DNA of 64,000 bases. Source: Candidatus Multivoradales bacterium (lineage in GTDB: Bacteria > Acidobacteriota > Thermoanaerobaculia > Multivoradales > JAHEKO01). This document shows, piece after piece, positions 42,701 to 53,476 of the stretch (within the stretch, counting starts at the first letter, position 1; each line of letters opens with the position of its first letter). A program made the position numbers and the translations under genes. A model generated the notes under the pieces. The model did not search any database, had not been told where the DNA came from, and saw only the letters and a program-made list of their open reading frames with translations. The DNA is taken from contig CBDCXM010000009.1 of the NCBI GenBank assembly GCA_965223855.1, forward strand, positions 2,080,001 to 2,144,000, written 5' to 3'.

Positions 42701-42959
42701 GGACGGCGAGCGGCCGCACGTCGTCGACCGCCTGCTGTCACGCGAGGTCGACCTCGTCGTCAACACGCCGCTGGGGCAGGCGTCGCACATCGACGATGCG
42801 ATCATCCGTCAGACGGCGCTCAAGTACGATCTTCCCTGCATCACCACGCTGTCCGGAGCGCGAGCCGTCGTGGCGGCGATCCGCTCGCTCAGGGGTGGGC
42901 GCCTCGACGTCGAACCGCTCCAGTCCCTGCACGCCCGCGTCGCCCGCGCCCGGGCCTGA
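39732..42959 (+). CDS. carB: carbamoyl-phosphate synthase large subunit
   Basis: [43 protein letters not shown]; 1075 aa. Confidence 0.98.
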   Translation: MPRRSDLDSILVVGSGPIVIGQACEFDYSGTQACRVLRREGYRVVLVNSNPATIMTDPQFADATYVEPLVPEVVERILERERPDALLPTVGGQTGINLTLALSDSGVLERLGVEVLGANIGALRLGEDRLLFKEAMEEIGLAVPASGYAGSLDEAREIAARIGYPLIIRPSFTLGGEGGGTVYNRDELDDMVATALDASPTRQVLLEQSVLGWKEFELEVIRDRADNAIVVCSVENVDAMGVHTGDSITVAPQQTLSDREYQEMRTEAFAVIRRVGVATGGSNIQFAVDPATGDRVVIEMNPRVSRSSALASKATGFPIAKIAALLAVGYTLDEIENDITGETYAAFEPALDYTVVKVPRWAFEKFPATTPVLGTSMKSVGEVMAIGATFREALMKALASLELDGTLASRESRMADPVRLRRRLSTPNWERLFAVFAALRQGWTVEEVYEASHIDPWFLREIAAILEVEGELGCWNLESVPVELVERGRHAGLSGARIAQLLDCSLEAFRAREREWGIRRVYKRVDTCAAEFPARTPYFYSTYGDEDEAEVTDRRKVVILGSGPNRVGQGIEFDYCCVHAAYALSDAGLETVMVNCNPETVSTDYDTSDRLYFEPLTLESVLEICERERPEGVIVQLGGQTPLKLAHGLEAAGVPILGTPPDAIDLAEDRERFGALLAEHGIRQPENGIARTEDEGVAAAREIGYPVLVRPSYVLGGRAMAVCYDDDSLADYMRQAAEVSPGQPVLLDRFLDDAFELDLDLLADGERAVVAGVMQHIEEAGIHSGDSAAVLPPHAVDDERVDEMRGIARELALALGVKGLMNVQFALHEGEVYVLEVNPRASRTVPFIAKAVGIPLVGLAARVMAGATLEELGFVEEPPVPGVFVKAPVFPFRRFPGVDPLLGPEMKSTGEVMGVSQDLGQAFAKAWFGAGHDLPTSGVAFLSVNDRDKPALEPIARDLEDLGFHLTATAGTAASLGLAGLEVEVVPKVMDGERPHVVDRLLSREVDLVVNTPLGQASHIDDAIIRQTALKYDLPCITTLSGARAVVAAIRSLRGGRLDVEPLQSLHARVARARA

Positions 42960-43085
42960 ACGGAACTTCCCCGTCTCTCGTCCCGGCTGCTGGCGGCGGC
43001 GGCCGAGGAGCGGTAACTTTCCGGAGACAGGCCTTTGCGCAACGCCAGCCTCTCTCAACAAGCCCCTGGGAGTCACGACCACGTC

Positions 43086-44486
<1,401 letters not shown>

Positions 44487-44788
44487 GATCCGGCTGCAGC
44501 CGGATCCCGGGGAAGGCGGGGGCCGCGAGCATTCCCGGGCGTTGGACCCGGCCTGAGTCGAGCACCGATAGCTCAGCCCGAGGGGGACGTCGCGCGTACC
44601 CGGTAGGACAACCGGCGACGCGCGCTCTCTCGCCGTCGGCCGATGGCCTGCGGTCCGATGGCACGGCTTTCAGGCCTCGGCGAGAGCCCCCTCGGCTCTG
44701 AACTATCGGCACCCGCCCCAGGCCTCTCGTCGCGGTGGAGGTGCGGACGTGAGGTATTCTCCCGCGGAACTCGACTGACGGAGGAACC

Positions 44789-45160
44789 TTGATCTCTTAC
44801 ACCGCCTACAAGGTGTTGCACGTCTTCGGCGTGCTGCTGACCTTCACCATTCTCGGCGCCGTCGCGCTTCACGCTGCCAACGGCGGCGACCGTGACAGCA
44901 ACCGTCATCGCAAGCTCGCCGGCGCCCTGCACGGCACCGGCCTTCTGCTGATTCTGGTCACCGGCATGGGGACTCTGGCGCGTCTCGGCGTGACCGGAGG
45001 CTTCCCCGGCTGGGTGTGGGCGAAGCTGGCGCTGTGGGTGGTGGTCGGAGCCTCTGCCGCGGTGGTCAAGCGTGCGCCCGGGTTCTCCGTTCACCTGCTG
45101 TGGCTGATGCCGGCGCTCGGCGGTGTCGGCGCCTGGCTGGCGATCTACAAGCCGTTCTGA
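44789..45160 (+). CDS. small 4-TM membrane protein
   Basis: TTG start with GAGGA RBS; YKVLH, HGTGL, WVWAKL, IYKPF. Confidence 0.75.
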   Translation: MISYTAYKVLHVFGVLLTFTILGAVALHAANGGDRDSNRHRKLAGALHGTGLLLILVTGMGTLARLGVTGGFPGWVWAKLALWVVVGASAAVVKRAPGFSVHLLWLMPALGGVGAWLAIYKPF

Positions 45161-46794
45161 TGGGGCGCCCGCTTCTCAGGGGAGTCGCCGGCGCGATCCT
45201 GCTTCTGGCTCTTGCCGCGCCGGTAGCGGCCGAGGAGCCGATCGACTGGGATGCGGTCAACCGCATCCGGGACGAGGGGTTCCATCGCTCGCAGGCGATG
45301 GAGACGCTGCGCATCCTCACCGACGAGCTGGGACCACGCCTCACCGCCTCGCCGCGCGGACACGCTTCGAGCCGCTGGACCCGCGACCGGCTGGAAGAGT
45401 GGGGGCTCTCCGATGCCCGGCTCGAAGAGTGGGGGCCGTTCGGACGCGGCTGGTCGTTCGATCGTGCCGCCGTGCACATGGTGGCGCCGACGCCGATGCC
45501 GCTGCTCGCTCTCCCCAAGGCGTGGACGCCCGGGACGAAGAAGGCGCAGCGGGGCGAGGCGATGCGGGTGACGATCGAGTCGCCGGAGGACTTCGAGCAG
45601 TATCGCGGCAAGCTCAAGGGCAAGATCCTGCTGACCGAGGCGCCGCGCGAGCTGCGGGCGGGGGACGAGGCGCCGGTCGATCGCTACGACGACGCCGAGC
45701 TCGCCGAGCTCGAGCCGTTCCCGATTCCGGGGGAACGCTCCAACTTCCGCGCACGCTTCGCCAAGCGCCTGGAGCTGCGCAGGAAGCTCAACGAGTTCCT
45801 TGCGGAAGAGAAGGCGTTGGCGACGATCGACCTGAGTTCGCGGGACGGTGGCATCCTTCGCCTCGGTGCGGGCGGCTCCCGGGAGCCGGACGAGAGTGTC
45901 GGCGTGCCGGCACTGGCGATGGCGCCCGAGCACTACAACTGGATCGCGAGGCTCCTCGACGCCGGCAAGACGGTCGAGCTCGAAGTAGACGTGCGGGCCG
46001 AGTTCCACGACGGCGATCTCATGGCTCACAACACGCTTGCCGACCTGCCGGGGAGCGATCTGGCCGACGAGGTGGTGCTGCTCGGCGCTCACCTCGACTC
46101 CTGGCATGCCGGCACCGGCTCGAACGACAACGCTGCCGGATGCGTCGTCATGATGGAGGCGATGCGGATCCTCCGCGCCACCGGTCTCCAGCCGCGCAGG
46201 ACGATCCGGATCGCCCTGTGGACCGGCGAGGAGCAGGGACTCTTCGGCTCGCGCGCCTACGTCGAGAACCACCTCGCGACGCGGCCGGAGAACACCGATC
46301 CCGACCAGGCGGCTCTCCCCGCGTGGCTGCGCGAGCCGACCTGGCCGATCGAACCGAAGGAGGGCCACTCGAAGTTCTCGGCCTACTTCAACCTCGACAA
46401 CGGCGCCGGGAAGATCCGCGGCATCTACACCCAGAGCAACCTGGCGGTGATGCCGATCTTCGAGCGCTGGCTCGAGCCCTTCCACGACCTCGGCGCCGAG
46501 ACGGTGGTGACGCGCAACACCGGCGGTACCGATCACGTGATCTTCGACCGTGTCGGCCTGCCCGGATTCCAGTTCGTGCAGGACCAGCTCGACTACTTCA
46601 GCCGTACCCACCACACCAACCTCGACGTCTACGATCATGCCGTCGAGGAGGATCTGAAGCAGGCGGCGGTGATCGTCGCCTCGTTCGCCTGGCACGCGGC
46701 GATGCGGGACGAGCTGCTGCCACGCAAGCCGATGCCTCAGGAGCCACCTGCAACCGACAAGCCGGACAAGAACGAGGAGGCGGACGCGCGCTAG
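45160..46794 (+). CDS. secreted M28 peptidase (carboxypeptidase Q-like, PA insert)
   Basis: Signal peptide; GAHLDSW, DNAAG, GEEQGLFGS, NLDNG, GTDH, HHTNLD. Confidence 0.92.
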   Translation: MGRPLLRGVAGAILLLALAAPVAAEEPIDWDAVNRIRDEGFHRSQAMETLRILTDELGPRLTASPRGHASSRWTRDRLEEWGLSDARLEEWGPFGRGWSFDRAAVHMVAPTPMPLLALPKAWTPGTKKAQRGEAMRVTIESPEDFEQYRGKLKGKILLTEAPRELRAGDEAPVDRYDDAELAELEPFPIPGERSNFRARFAKRLELRRKLNEFLAEEKALATIDLSSRDGGILRLGAGGSREPDESVGVPALAMAPEHYNWIARLLDAGKTVELEVDVRAEFHDGDLMAHNTLADLPGSDLADEVVLLGAHLDSWHAGTGSNDNAAGCVVMMEAMRILRATGLQPRRTIRIALWTGEEQGLFGSRAYVENHLATRPENTDPDQAALPAWLREPTWPIEPKEGHSKFSAYFNLDNGAGKIRGIYTQSNLAVMPIFERWLEPFHDLGAETVVTRNTGGTDHVIFDRVGLPGFQFVQDQLDYFSRTHHTNLDVYDHAVEEDLKQAAVIVASFAWHAAMRDELLPRKPMPQEPPATDKPDKNEEADAR

Positions 46795-46824
46795 CGCCGT
46801 TCGTCTTTCTAGAGAGGAAGCGCT

Positions 46825-48153
46825 ATGCCCTGGTACCGCAAGCTCCACTGGCAGATCATTCTCGGCCTGCTGCTCGGCCTCGTCTACGGCATCGTGGCGG
46901 CCTCGAACGGCTGGGGCGGCTTCACCAACGACTGGATCGCCCCGTGGGGGACGATCTTCATCAACGCCCTGCAGCTCATTGCGGTGCCGCTGGTGCTCTC
47001 CTCGCTCATCACCGGCGTCGCTTCGCTCTCCGACCTCAAGAGCCTGTCGCGGATCGGCGGCAAGACGATCTTCATCTATCTGGCGACGACCGCCCTTGCG
47101 GTGACGGTGGGACTCCTGATCGTCAATGTCCTCGAGCCGGGAAAGCGGGTTCCCGAGCAGGTGCGGGCCGAGCTCTCCGAGCAGTTCGCCGAGGATGTCG
47201 GCGAGCGCGAGGCTGCTGCCGAGGCCGCTGCGGAGCGCGGGCCGCTGCAATTCCTCGTTGACATGATGCCCGACAACTTCTTCCAGTCGGCGACGAGCAA
47301 CCGCAACATGCTGCAGATCGTGCTGGTGTCGCTGTTGATCGGCGTCGGTCTGATCCAACTCTCGCCGGAGAAGTCGAAGCCGCTGCTCGACGTATTCAGT
47401 TCGCTCAACGACGTCGTCGTGCGCCTGGTCGATCTCATCATGTTGATGGCTCCGCTCGGGGTGTTCTCGTTGATTGCCCGCACCATCACCGGCATGGCGG
47501 GCGACGATTTGCAACAGGTCGTCGATCTGCTCGGCGCGCTCGGCTTCTACTGCCTCGCCGTCGTCCTCGGCCTCGCAATCCAGACGTTCGTCACGTATCC
47601 GACGATGCTCAAGCTCTTCTCGCGCCTGCCGCTCAGGACGTTCTTCGCAGGCATCGCGCCGGTGCAGCTGGTGGCGTTCTCGACCAGCTCGAGCGGAGCG
47701 ACCCTGCCGCTGACGATGGAGCGCTGCGAGGAGAAGCTCGGCGTGTCGGAGGAAGTCTCCTCGTTCGTGCTGCCGCTCGGCGCCACCATCAACATGGACG
47801 GCACCGCGCTCTACCAGGCGATCGCGGCGGTCTTCATCGCCCAGTCGGTAGGCATGCAGGTCGGGCTCGAGGGGCAGTTGACGATCGTCCTGACCGCGGT
47901 GCTCGCCTCCGTCGGGACGGCGGCGGTGCCGGGCGCGGGCATCATCATGCTGGTGATCATCCTGCAGGCGATCGGCGTGCCGAGCGCCGGCATCGCCCTC
48001 ATCCTCGGCGTCGACCGCATCCTCGACATGCTGCGCACCGCGACCAACGTCACCGGCGATGCCACCGTCGCCTCGATCGTCGCCTCGAGCGAAGGTCAGC
48101 TCTCGCCTCCGAACCTGAGTGAGGAGGCGGATCGGATCCGCACCCGTAGGTAG
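46825..48153 (+). CDS. dicarboxylate/amino acid:cation symporter (GltP family)
   Basis: AFSTSSSGATLP, GATINMDGT, DRILDMLRT. Confidence 0.95.
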   Translation: MPWYRKLHWQIILGLLLGLVYGIVAASNGWGGFTNDWIAPWGTIFINALQLIAVPLVLSSLITGVASLSDLKSLSRIGGKTIFIYLATTALAVTVGLLIVNVLEPGKRVPEQVRAELSEQFAEDVGEREAAAEAAAERGPLQFLVDMMPDNFFQSATSNRNMLQIVLVSLLIGVGLIQLSPEKSKPLLDVFSSLNDVVVRLVDLIMLMAPLGVFSLIARTITGMAGDDLQQVVDLLGALGFYCLAVVLGLAIQTFVTYPTMLKLFSRLPLRTFFAGIAPVQLVAFSTSSSGATLPLTMERCEEKLGVSEEVSSFVLPLGATINMDGTALYQAIAAVFIAQSVGMQVGLEGQLTIVLTAVLASVGTAAVPGAGIIMLVIILQAIGVPSAGIALILGVDRILDMLRTATNVTGDATVASIVASSEGQLSPPNLSEEADRIRTRR

Positions 48154-48198
48154 CCGCGGCGAGCGGACACAAGCGGAAGCTTGTTGCCTAGAGAGACG

Positions 48199-49098
48199 AT
48201 GAGCACCCTTGCAGAGGAGTCAGGAGGCCTCTATGCCCTGCTAGCGGGAGCTACCGTTGGAGCCTCCTGCAGTCTCGGGTCGGGAGCTCGAATAGAAGCT
48301 TGCGACCCGCCCATACGGCTTGAGTATGGAGTGGTGGCAAGGCAAGGGTGGCCTTCTGGGGAGACGCTGGATATCTCGGGAAGATGGCCAGAGATCGCTG
48401 TGTGCGGTTCCAAGCTTTGGATCGACGGGCAAGTAGAACTCCCCGAGAGCGAGGACCTCACGGGCGCCCTTCGCTACATCAGTTGGCTTCTTCGCATTCG
48501 ATCTCACTCCTCGGTCCGGATCGTCCTTCGCATGAGTCGCGATCCCGAAGCAGTGATAGCTGGCGAGTACAAGAGCTACCGGACGCTTTTCTCCCTCGAC
48601 CGCCCGCCACCTCGACTGTTGAGGCCTCAACCACCTGAGGAGCATGCACCGCTGTCTCCTGAGCACCTGGACTGGGTTGCCAGCCATTGGTCAGCCTCCT
48701 TCCAGGCCCTCAGCGAACGCGTGTCCTTCTCTAATGCAATGATCGCAGCCGTTCGAGCACCGTGGGCTGACACCGAGGCCTACGCGCAGATGATGGTCTG
48801 GTCCGGCCTCGAAGCGCTCTTCTCACCAGGAGACCGAGGTGAGTTGACTCACCAGCTCGCGGCAAGTCTGGCGGCTTTCCTCAAGCCGCCTGGTGACGAC
48901 AGGCTTGCGATCTACCAGGAGGTCCGCCGCCTGTACGTGGAGAGATCTAAAGCTGTCCATGGACAGAAGATGAAGCAGGGTTCTGATGCCCTTCAGCGAT
49001 CCCATGAGCTTCTCTGCAGAGCCCTTCTAAGGTGCATCGAAGAGCGCGACACTCCCGATCCGAACCTGTTGAGGAATCGGCTGGTAATGGGTCGCTAG
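48199..49098 (+). CDS. HEPN-domain (ApeA-like) protein, atypical composition
   Basis: WSGLEALF...LY.ERSKAVHG (Rx4H); many A/T-ending codons unlike neighbours; start may be 48181 or 48199. Confidence 0.75.
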   Translation: MSTLAEESGGLYALLAGATVGASCSLGSGARIEACDPPIRLEYGVVARQGWPSGETLDISGRWPEIAVCGSKLWIDGQVELPESEDLTGALRYISWLLRIRSHSSVRIVLRMSRDPEAVIAGEYKSYRTLFSLDRPPPRLLRPQPPEEHAPLSPEHLDWVASHWSASFQALSERVSFSNAMIAAVRAPWADTEAYAQMMVWSGLEALFSPGDRGELTHQLAASLAAFLKPPGDDRLAIYQEVRRLYVERSKAVHGQKMKQGSDALQRSHELLCRALLRCIEERDTPDPNLLRNRLVMGR

Positions 49099-49952
49099 GA
49101 ACTAGGCCCAAGTCGAGCGTCGAGGAACTCGTCCAGCAGCGTCGCCAGCCGCTCGAGGCGGTCGAGCATCCGGTGGTCTCCGTCGGCGAAGAGGTGGAGC
49201 TCGATCCGGTCGTCGCGGCAGCGGGTGGCGAAGTCGACGACGCTCTCCCACGGGACGCTGTCGTCGTGCCTGCCCTGAAAGAGGAGGGCCGGCACGCGGT
49301 GCTGCTCGATGAGCTCGTCGACCGGGTAGCGCCGCAGGTCTTCGACGAAGCCCCAGTCGATCGACCAGCTGCCGAGGTCGTGCTCGATCTCGCAGCTTCC
49401 TTCGGCTTCCCATCGTTCGACGGCCCCGGCCCCGAGGCGCCGACGGAAGGCGTCCTCCAGACCGAGAGCAGGCGCGAGATGGGCGGCGGCGACGATGCCC
49501 TCGGGCTCGCGGGCGCAGTGCCACAGACCGGTCAGCCCACCCATCGACGAGCCGAGGACGACGAATCGGCGATACCCTCGCCTCGCCAGCTCCTTGCGAA
49601 CGCAGGCGACATCCTCGAGGTTACGGGTCAGCGAGAGGTCGCGCATCGAGCCGCCGGACTCGCCGTGGCCGCGGAAGTCGAAAGCGGCGAAGGTGACTCT
49701 TCTGGCGACCATGTGGCGGCGGAAGCGGTCCGCCTTCTCGCCGAGTCGAGAGGAGCCGAAGCCGTGGAGGTAGATCGCCGCCAGATCGGCGGAGGCGTCG
49801 TCACGCGAGGACGGGAGGGTGAGCTCGCCGGCGAGGTGGATACCCGGTGCGACCTCGATTCGCAGGCGCTCGGAGGCGGCGTGCTCGAGCGTCCCGGTCT
49901 CGGATACCTCGGTCTCGGGCACCCCGGTCTCCGGTACCTCGCCCTCGCGCAC
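49095..49952 (-). CDS. alpha/beta hydrolase
   Basis: YLHGFGS, DFRGHGES, GSSMGG nucleophile elbow, DDSVP, GDHR. Confidence 0.9.
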   Translation of the reverse strand: MREGEVPETGVPETEVSETGTLEHAASERLRIEVAPGIHLAGELTLPSSRDDASADLAAIYLHGFGSSRLGEKADRFRRHMVARRVTFAAFDFRGHGESGGSMRDLSLTRNLEDVACVRKELARRGYRRFVVLGSSMGGLTGLWHCAREPEGIVAAAHLAPALGLEDAFRRRLGAGAVERWEAEGSCEIEHDLGSWSIDWGFVEDLRRYPVDELIEQHRVPALLFQGRHDDSVPWESVVDFATRCRDDRIELHLFADGDHRMLDRLERLATLLDEFLDARLGPSS

Positions 49953-49960
49953 CGCCAGGC

Positions 49961-50848
49961 TCAGTCGCCGAGGTGCTCGCCGAAGAAGGCGAGCGTGCGA
50001 TCCCAGGAGAGCTCGGCCGCGTCCGCCTGGTAGCGGGTCCCCGTGGGGTTGGCGAAGGCGTGTCCGGCTCCCTCGTAGACGTGGATGGTGACGTCGCCGC
50101 CCCGCTGCTCGAGCGCGCTCTCGAAGGCGCGCACGCCGTCGAGCGGGATGCCGCCGTCCTCGCTGCCGAAGTGGCCGAGGACCGGCGCCGCCACGCCGTC
50201 GAGGCGCTCGTCGGCGAACACCCGGCCGTAGTAGATGACCGCGGCGTCGAGGGAGTCGCCCATCATCGCGGCTGTCCGCAGCGACCAGCCGCCGCCGAAG
50301 CACCAGCCGACGCTGCCGATCGTCGTCACGCCGACCTCGCTCGTCAGGTAGGCGTGCGCCGAGCGCAGGTTGTCCTCGAGCCGTCCGTCGTTCTCCATCG
50401 CGGCGCTCATCAGGGCGCGGGCGCCGTCACGGTCACTCGCAACCTCGCCCTCGTAGAGATCGACGGCCAACGCGGCGTAGCCGGCGGCCGCGAAGCGGCG
50501 CGCCATGGTGCGGATGTTGTCGTTGAGGCCCCACCACTCCTGGATCACCAGCAACCCGCCCTTCACCTCACCGTCCGACGGCACGGCGAGATAGCCGTTG
50601 ATGCCTTCGTCGGCCCAGTAGGTGACCGTGCGGGTCTCGACGCCTTCCTCGGCCGCGTCACCTGCGGCGGCGCCCGGGACCGGTTCGTCGGAAGCGTGCT
50701 CGCGCGCCATGCGTTGCTCGAAGTCGGCGTCCTCGAGAGGACCGGCTCCGCGGGCGGGAGCGTCGGCGGCGCGGGCGTGGGCGGCGAAGCCCGTTGCGAT
50801 CAGGAGCACGAGGGAGGAAGCGGCAAGCAGTCGCGAAGTTCGAGTCAT
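49961..50848 (-). CDS. dienelactone hydrolase family protein (signal peptide)
   Basis: IQEWWGL, GWCFGG, YYG, HAFAN. Confidence 0.93.
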   Translation of the reverse strand: MTRTSRLLAASSLVLLIATGFAAHARAADAPARGAGPLEDADFEQRMAREHASDEPVPGAAAGDAAEEGVETRTVTYWADEGINGYLAVPSDGEVKGGLLVIQEWWGLNDNIRTMARRFAAAGYAALAVDLYEGEVASDRDGARALMSAAMENDGRLEDNLRSAHAYLTSEVGVTTIGSVGWCFGGGWSLRTAAMMGDSLDAAVIYYGRVFADERLDGVAAPVLGHFGSEDGGIPLDGVRAFESALEQRGGDVTIHVYEGAGHAFANPTGTRYQADAAELSWDRTLAFFGEHLGD

Positions 50849-50925
50849 GGATCGGCTCCGAATGGGTCAGCGAGGAACACGTGTCGGCGGCGGGACAGGA
50901 TTGTGCCACGAGTCCCGCCCGCCAC

Positions 50926-50968
50926 AAGAAAAAAGGCTACGGCAGCGCGGAGGGGCGCTGCCGTAGCC
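50926..50968 (-). terminator. rho-independent terminator
   Basis: 14-bp perfect stem GGCTACGGCAGCGC / GCGCTGCCGTAGCC, 6-nt loop, followed on the minus strand by TTTTTTCTT. Confidence 0.88.
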
Positions 50969-51010
50969 GGTCTCGGGACGGCTCCGAAGGGGAGCCGATG
51001 TAGAAGGAGT

Positions 51011-51814
51011 TCAGCCGTCCTTGCGAAGGCCCTTGCCGCCGCTCTCGCTGCGGCCGGGCTTGCCGGCTTCGTCCGTTCGCGGTCCGGCAGCAGACTGCCG
51101 GCCCGGCTTCGACGTCGCGCTCTCGACAGCAGGCGGTGGCGAGACGGTGCGATCCCCGAGGGTCGCCTCGTCCTTCGCTCCGCGGATGTGGTAGTCGAGG
51201 CTGCCGCCGGAGAACTCGAGCGACCGCGCCGTGTTCTCCAGCAGAGCCAGCTCGGCGTACTCGAGCGGCAGAAGCGAGTTGTCGAGATCGACGAGCCACA
51301 GGAAGAGGTCTCCGTCGATCGACAGATAGAGCAGCCCGTCCGTCGCCTCCGGATGCGAGCGCTGCCACTCGATCCGCACGGTGTCGTAGCGGCGGCTGAC
51401 ATTGCGCCAGGGGGTTTCGCTCGAAATGACCTGCTCGTTGAAGGCCCGGATCCGCAGTTGGAGGTGGCCGTCGTGGCGCCGTGTCTCCAGGTTGAACACC
51501 GGCAGCCGCTCCACCGAGCGGCCGACGAGGAGCGACCGTACGCTGTCTTCCTTGTCCTGCCACAGGCCGTCGTGGAGACGGAAGGTGGCGTCGAAACTCC
51601 CTGACTGGTGGATACTCACGAGCTCGATCGCGCCCTGAACGCGGCTCCAGGCCGACAGATCGCCCGACTCGAAGTCGTCATCGAAGATGTCGCCGTAGGC
51701 GTCGGCGTAGAGCTCCCAGCCGAAGACCTCGGTCGGCAGGGAGGTGAACGGCACGAGTGCCCAGCCGAGCAGGCAGAGCGCCATCGTGGCGAGGGATTTG
51801 AGGTGTTGTTTCAT
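51011..51814 (-). CDS. hypothetical secreted protein with N-terminal DIFDDDFESGDLSAWS motif and a beta-rich domain
   Basis: ATG 51814 with GGAGG RBS; signal peptide; last gene before the terminator. Confidence 0.75.
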   Translation of the reverse strand: MKQHLKSLATMALCLLGWALVPFTSLPTEVFGWELYADAYGDIFDDDFESGDLSAWSRVQGAIELVSIHQSGSFDATFRLHDGLWQDKEDSVRSLLVGRSVERLPVFNLETRRHDGHLQLRIRAFNEQVISSETPWRNVSRRYDTVRIEWQRSHPEATDGLLYLSIDGDLFLWLVDLDNSLLPLEYAELALLENTARSLEFSGGSLDYHIRGAKDEATLGDRTVSPPPAVESATSKPGRQSAAGPRTDEAGKPGRSESGGKGLRKDG

Positions 51815-51877
51815 GGGACCTCCGAAGACGGTACTTCGATTCGGGCGAAACGTATCGGATGAGAAGTTACGGTGCAA

Positions 51878-53476
51878 TTACATCTCGGTGGACGGCGGGA
51901 AGGGGCTCGACCGGGTGGTCGCTCCACCGGGATCGGCCAGCGGATTCTCGAGCGAGTGGACCTGAAAGACGGCGCCGTGGCGCTCGATCACCACGCCCGG
52001 GAAGAGCTCGAGAGGGGGTTCGTCGAAGTAGACGGCCTGCCCGCGATCGACCCGGTCGGAGACCAGGGTCACGAGATCGTCGGCCGAGATGAGGAAGCGG
52101 TTCAGAGGCTCGACGTCGGGGCGCCGGCCCTCGATCAACTGGAGGTACTCGAGCACCGGAATGGTGCTCCACCAGCCGATCACGAGCGCCCCCTGTTCGA
52201 CCGAGTTGAGGACCGACAGCCCCCGGTTGTAGGCGCTGCGATCCTCGGAAAGGTCGACCAGAGGGCCGTTCCAGGCGAGGGAGAAGAAGACGGCGAGGAC
52301 GGCCGCGGCCCGAACGACCGCCCTCGCCGCCACGGTGCTTCGATGTCCCTGCTCGGCCGCGAGCCAGCGGTTGAGGGCGTCGTAGCCGACTGCCAGGAAC
52401 AGAGCCCAGAGCAGATAAGACGGCAGGAACATCGTGGCTTTGTCGATCACGTCGTAGTTGACGTAGAAGAGAGTCGTCGCGAGGAACATCACGATCCACG
52501 TCACCGCGAGACGTCTCTTGCGCCGGTAGAGGGCGAAGACCCCGATCAGCGCCGGGCCGACGCCGACGGCGACGAACGCTCGCACGAGTTCAGCGCCGAA
52601 GCCGAGGCTTTCCTGGAGGAACCCGCCGGCTCCGGCGCCGAGGATCACGTGGGAGAAGACCTTGCCCGAGACCAGCCACCACATCCCCTGGAGGGAAGCG
52701 AGGTCCACTGGCACGAACGTGCCGGTGCCGTCGAACTGGCCGGCGTAGTTGAAAGCGGGATCGGACCAGTAAAGGAGGGTCAGGTAGAAGTAGAGGCTCA
52801 GGCCCGCGGCCAGGCCGGCAGCGGCGGCGGCGAGTCGCCTTACGGTCAGCCACTGCAACCCCTCGTGCCGGTGGAGGGTGGCGAGCACCGACCACAGGCA
52901 GGCGGGAGCGAGCAGCACCGTCGCGACGTGGTTGGAGAAGGCGAGGCCGACGACGAAGGTGCAGCCCGCGAGGCCGAGCGTCGATCGCCGGCTCTCGAAG
53001 GACATCAGGGCGAGGATCACCGCGCACAGCAGGAAGGTGTGCAGGGTGTAGACCTCGGCCATCGACGCCATCGCCCAGAAATAGCGTGAGGTCGCCAGCA
53101 CTCCGAGCGCTCCCAGGCGAGCCCAGCCCGGGATGCCGAGCCTCGCGAGGATCACGTTGGCGCAGGCGATCGTGGCGGCGCCGAAGACCGCCGACAGCAC
53201 GTTGAAGGCGTGCCCGACGTCGTCGAAGGGGAGCAGGGCCCAGAAGCGGGCGAGCAGCAGATAAAGGGGATAGCCGGTCGCGCGCATCAGACCGCCGGTG
53301 GCACCGGCGGTCGTCAGCTCGGCGCTGTCGAGGTTGTAGACGGTGGGTGCGACGGTGGTGAGGTAGAGCGCGAACGGCAGGGCGAAGACCGCGAGGAAAC
53401 CCGCCGCCGCTCGCAGCCGCGAGATTCCGAGCGTGCCGAGCCGTCTCAGTGGCAGGGCCTGACTCGCGTCGTTCAT
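51878..53476 (-). CDS. DUF2723/TMEM260-like GT-C glycosyltransferase
   Basis: APTV..LDSAEL...GYPLY, AEVYTL, SNH; many TMs. Confidence 0.8.
   Translation of the reverse strand: MNDASQALPLRRLGTLGISRLRAAAGFLAVFALPFALYLTTVAPTVYNLDSAELTTAGATGGLMRATGYPLYLLLARFWALLPFDDVGHAFNVLSAVFGAATIACANVILARLGIPGWARLGALGVLATSRYFWAMASMAEVYTLHTFLLCAVILALMSFESRRSTLGLAGCTFVVGLAFSNHVATVLLAPACLWSVLATLHRHEGLQWLTVRRLAAAAAGLAAGLSLYFYLTLLYWSDPAFNYAGQFDGTGTFVPVDLASLQGMWWLVSGKVFSHVILGAGAGGFLQESLGFGAELVRAFVAVGVGPALIGVFALYRRKRRLAVTWIVMFLATTLFYVNYDVIDKATMFLPSYLLWALFLAVGYDALNRWLAAEQGHRSTVAARAVVRAAAVLAVFFSLAWNGPLVDLSEDRSAYNRGLSVLNSVEQGALVIGWWSTIPVLEYLQLIEGRRPDVEPLNRFLISADDLVTLVSDRVDRGQAVYFDEPPLELFPGVVIERHGAVFQVHSLENPLADPGGATTRSSPFPPSTEM

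Noticed and set aside
39717-42719. 1000-aa ORF antisense to carB, and the many other long alternate-frame ORFs (e.g. 45145-47514, 17473-19827, 95-1195)
   Set aside because: Stop-poor shadow frames of high-GC genes; Arg/Gly/Pro-rich and motif-free
49895-49941. Three imperfect 15-bp repeats (CGGTCTC...) at the hydrolase N-terminus
   Set aside because: In-frame low-complexity (V.ET[GE])3; no spacers, not CRISPR
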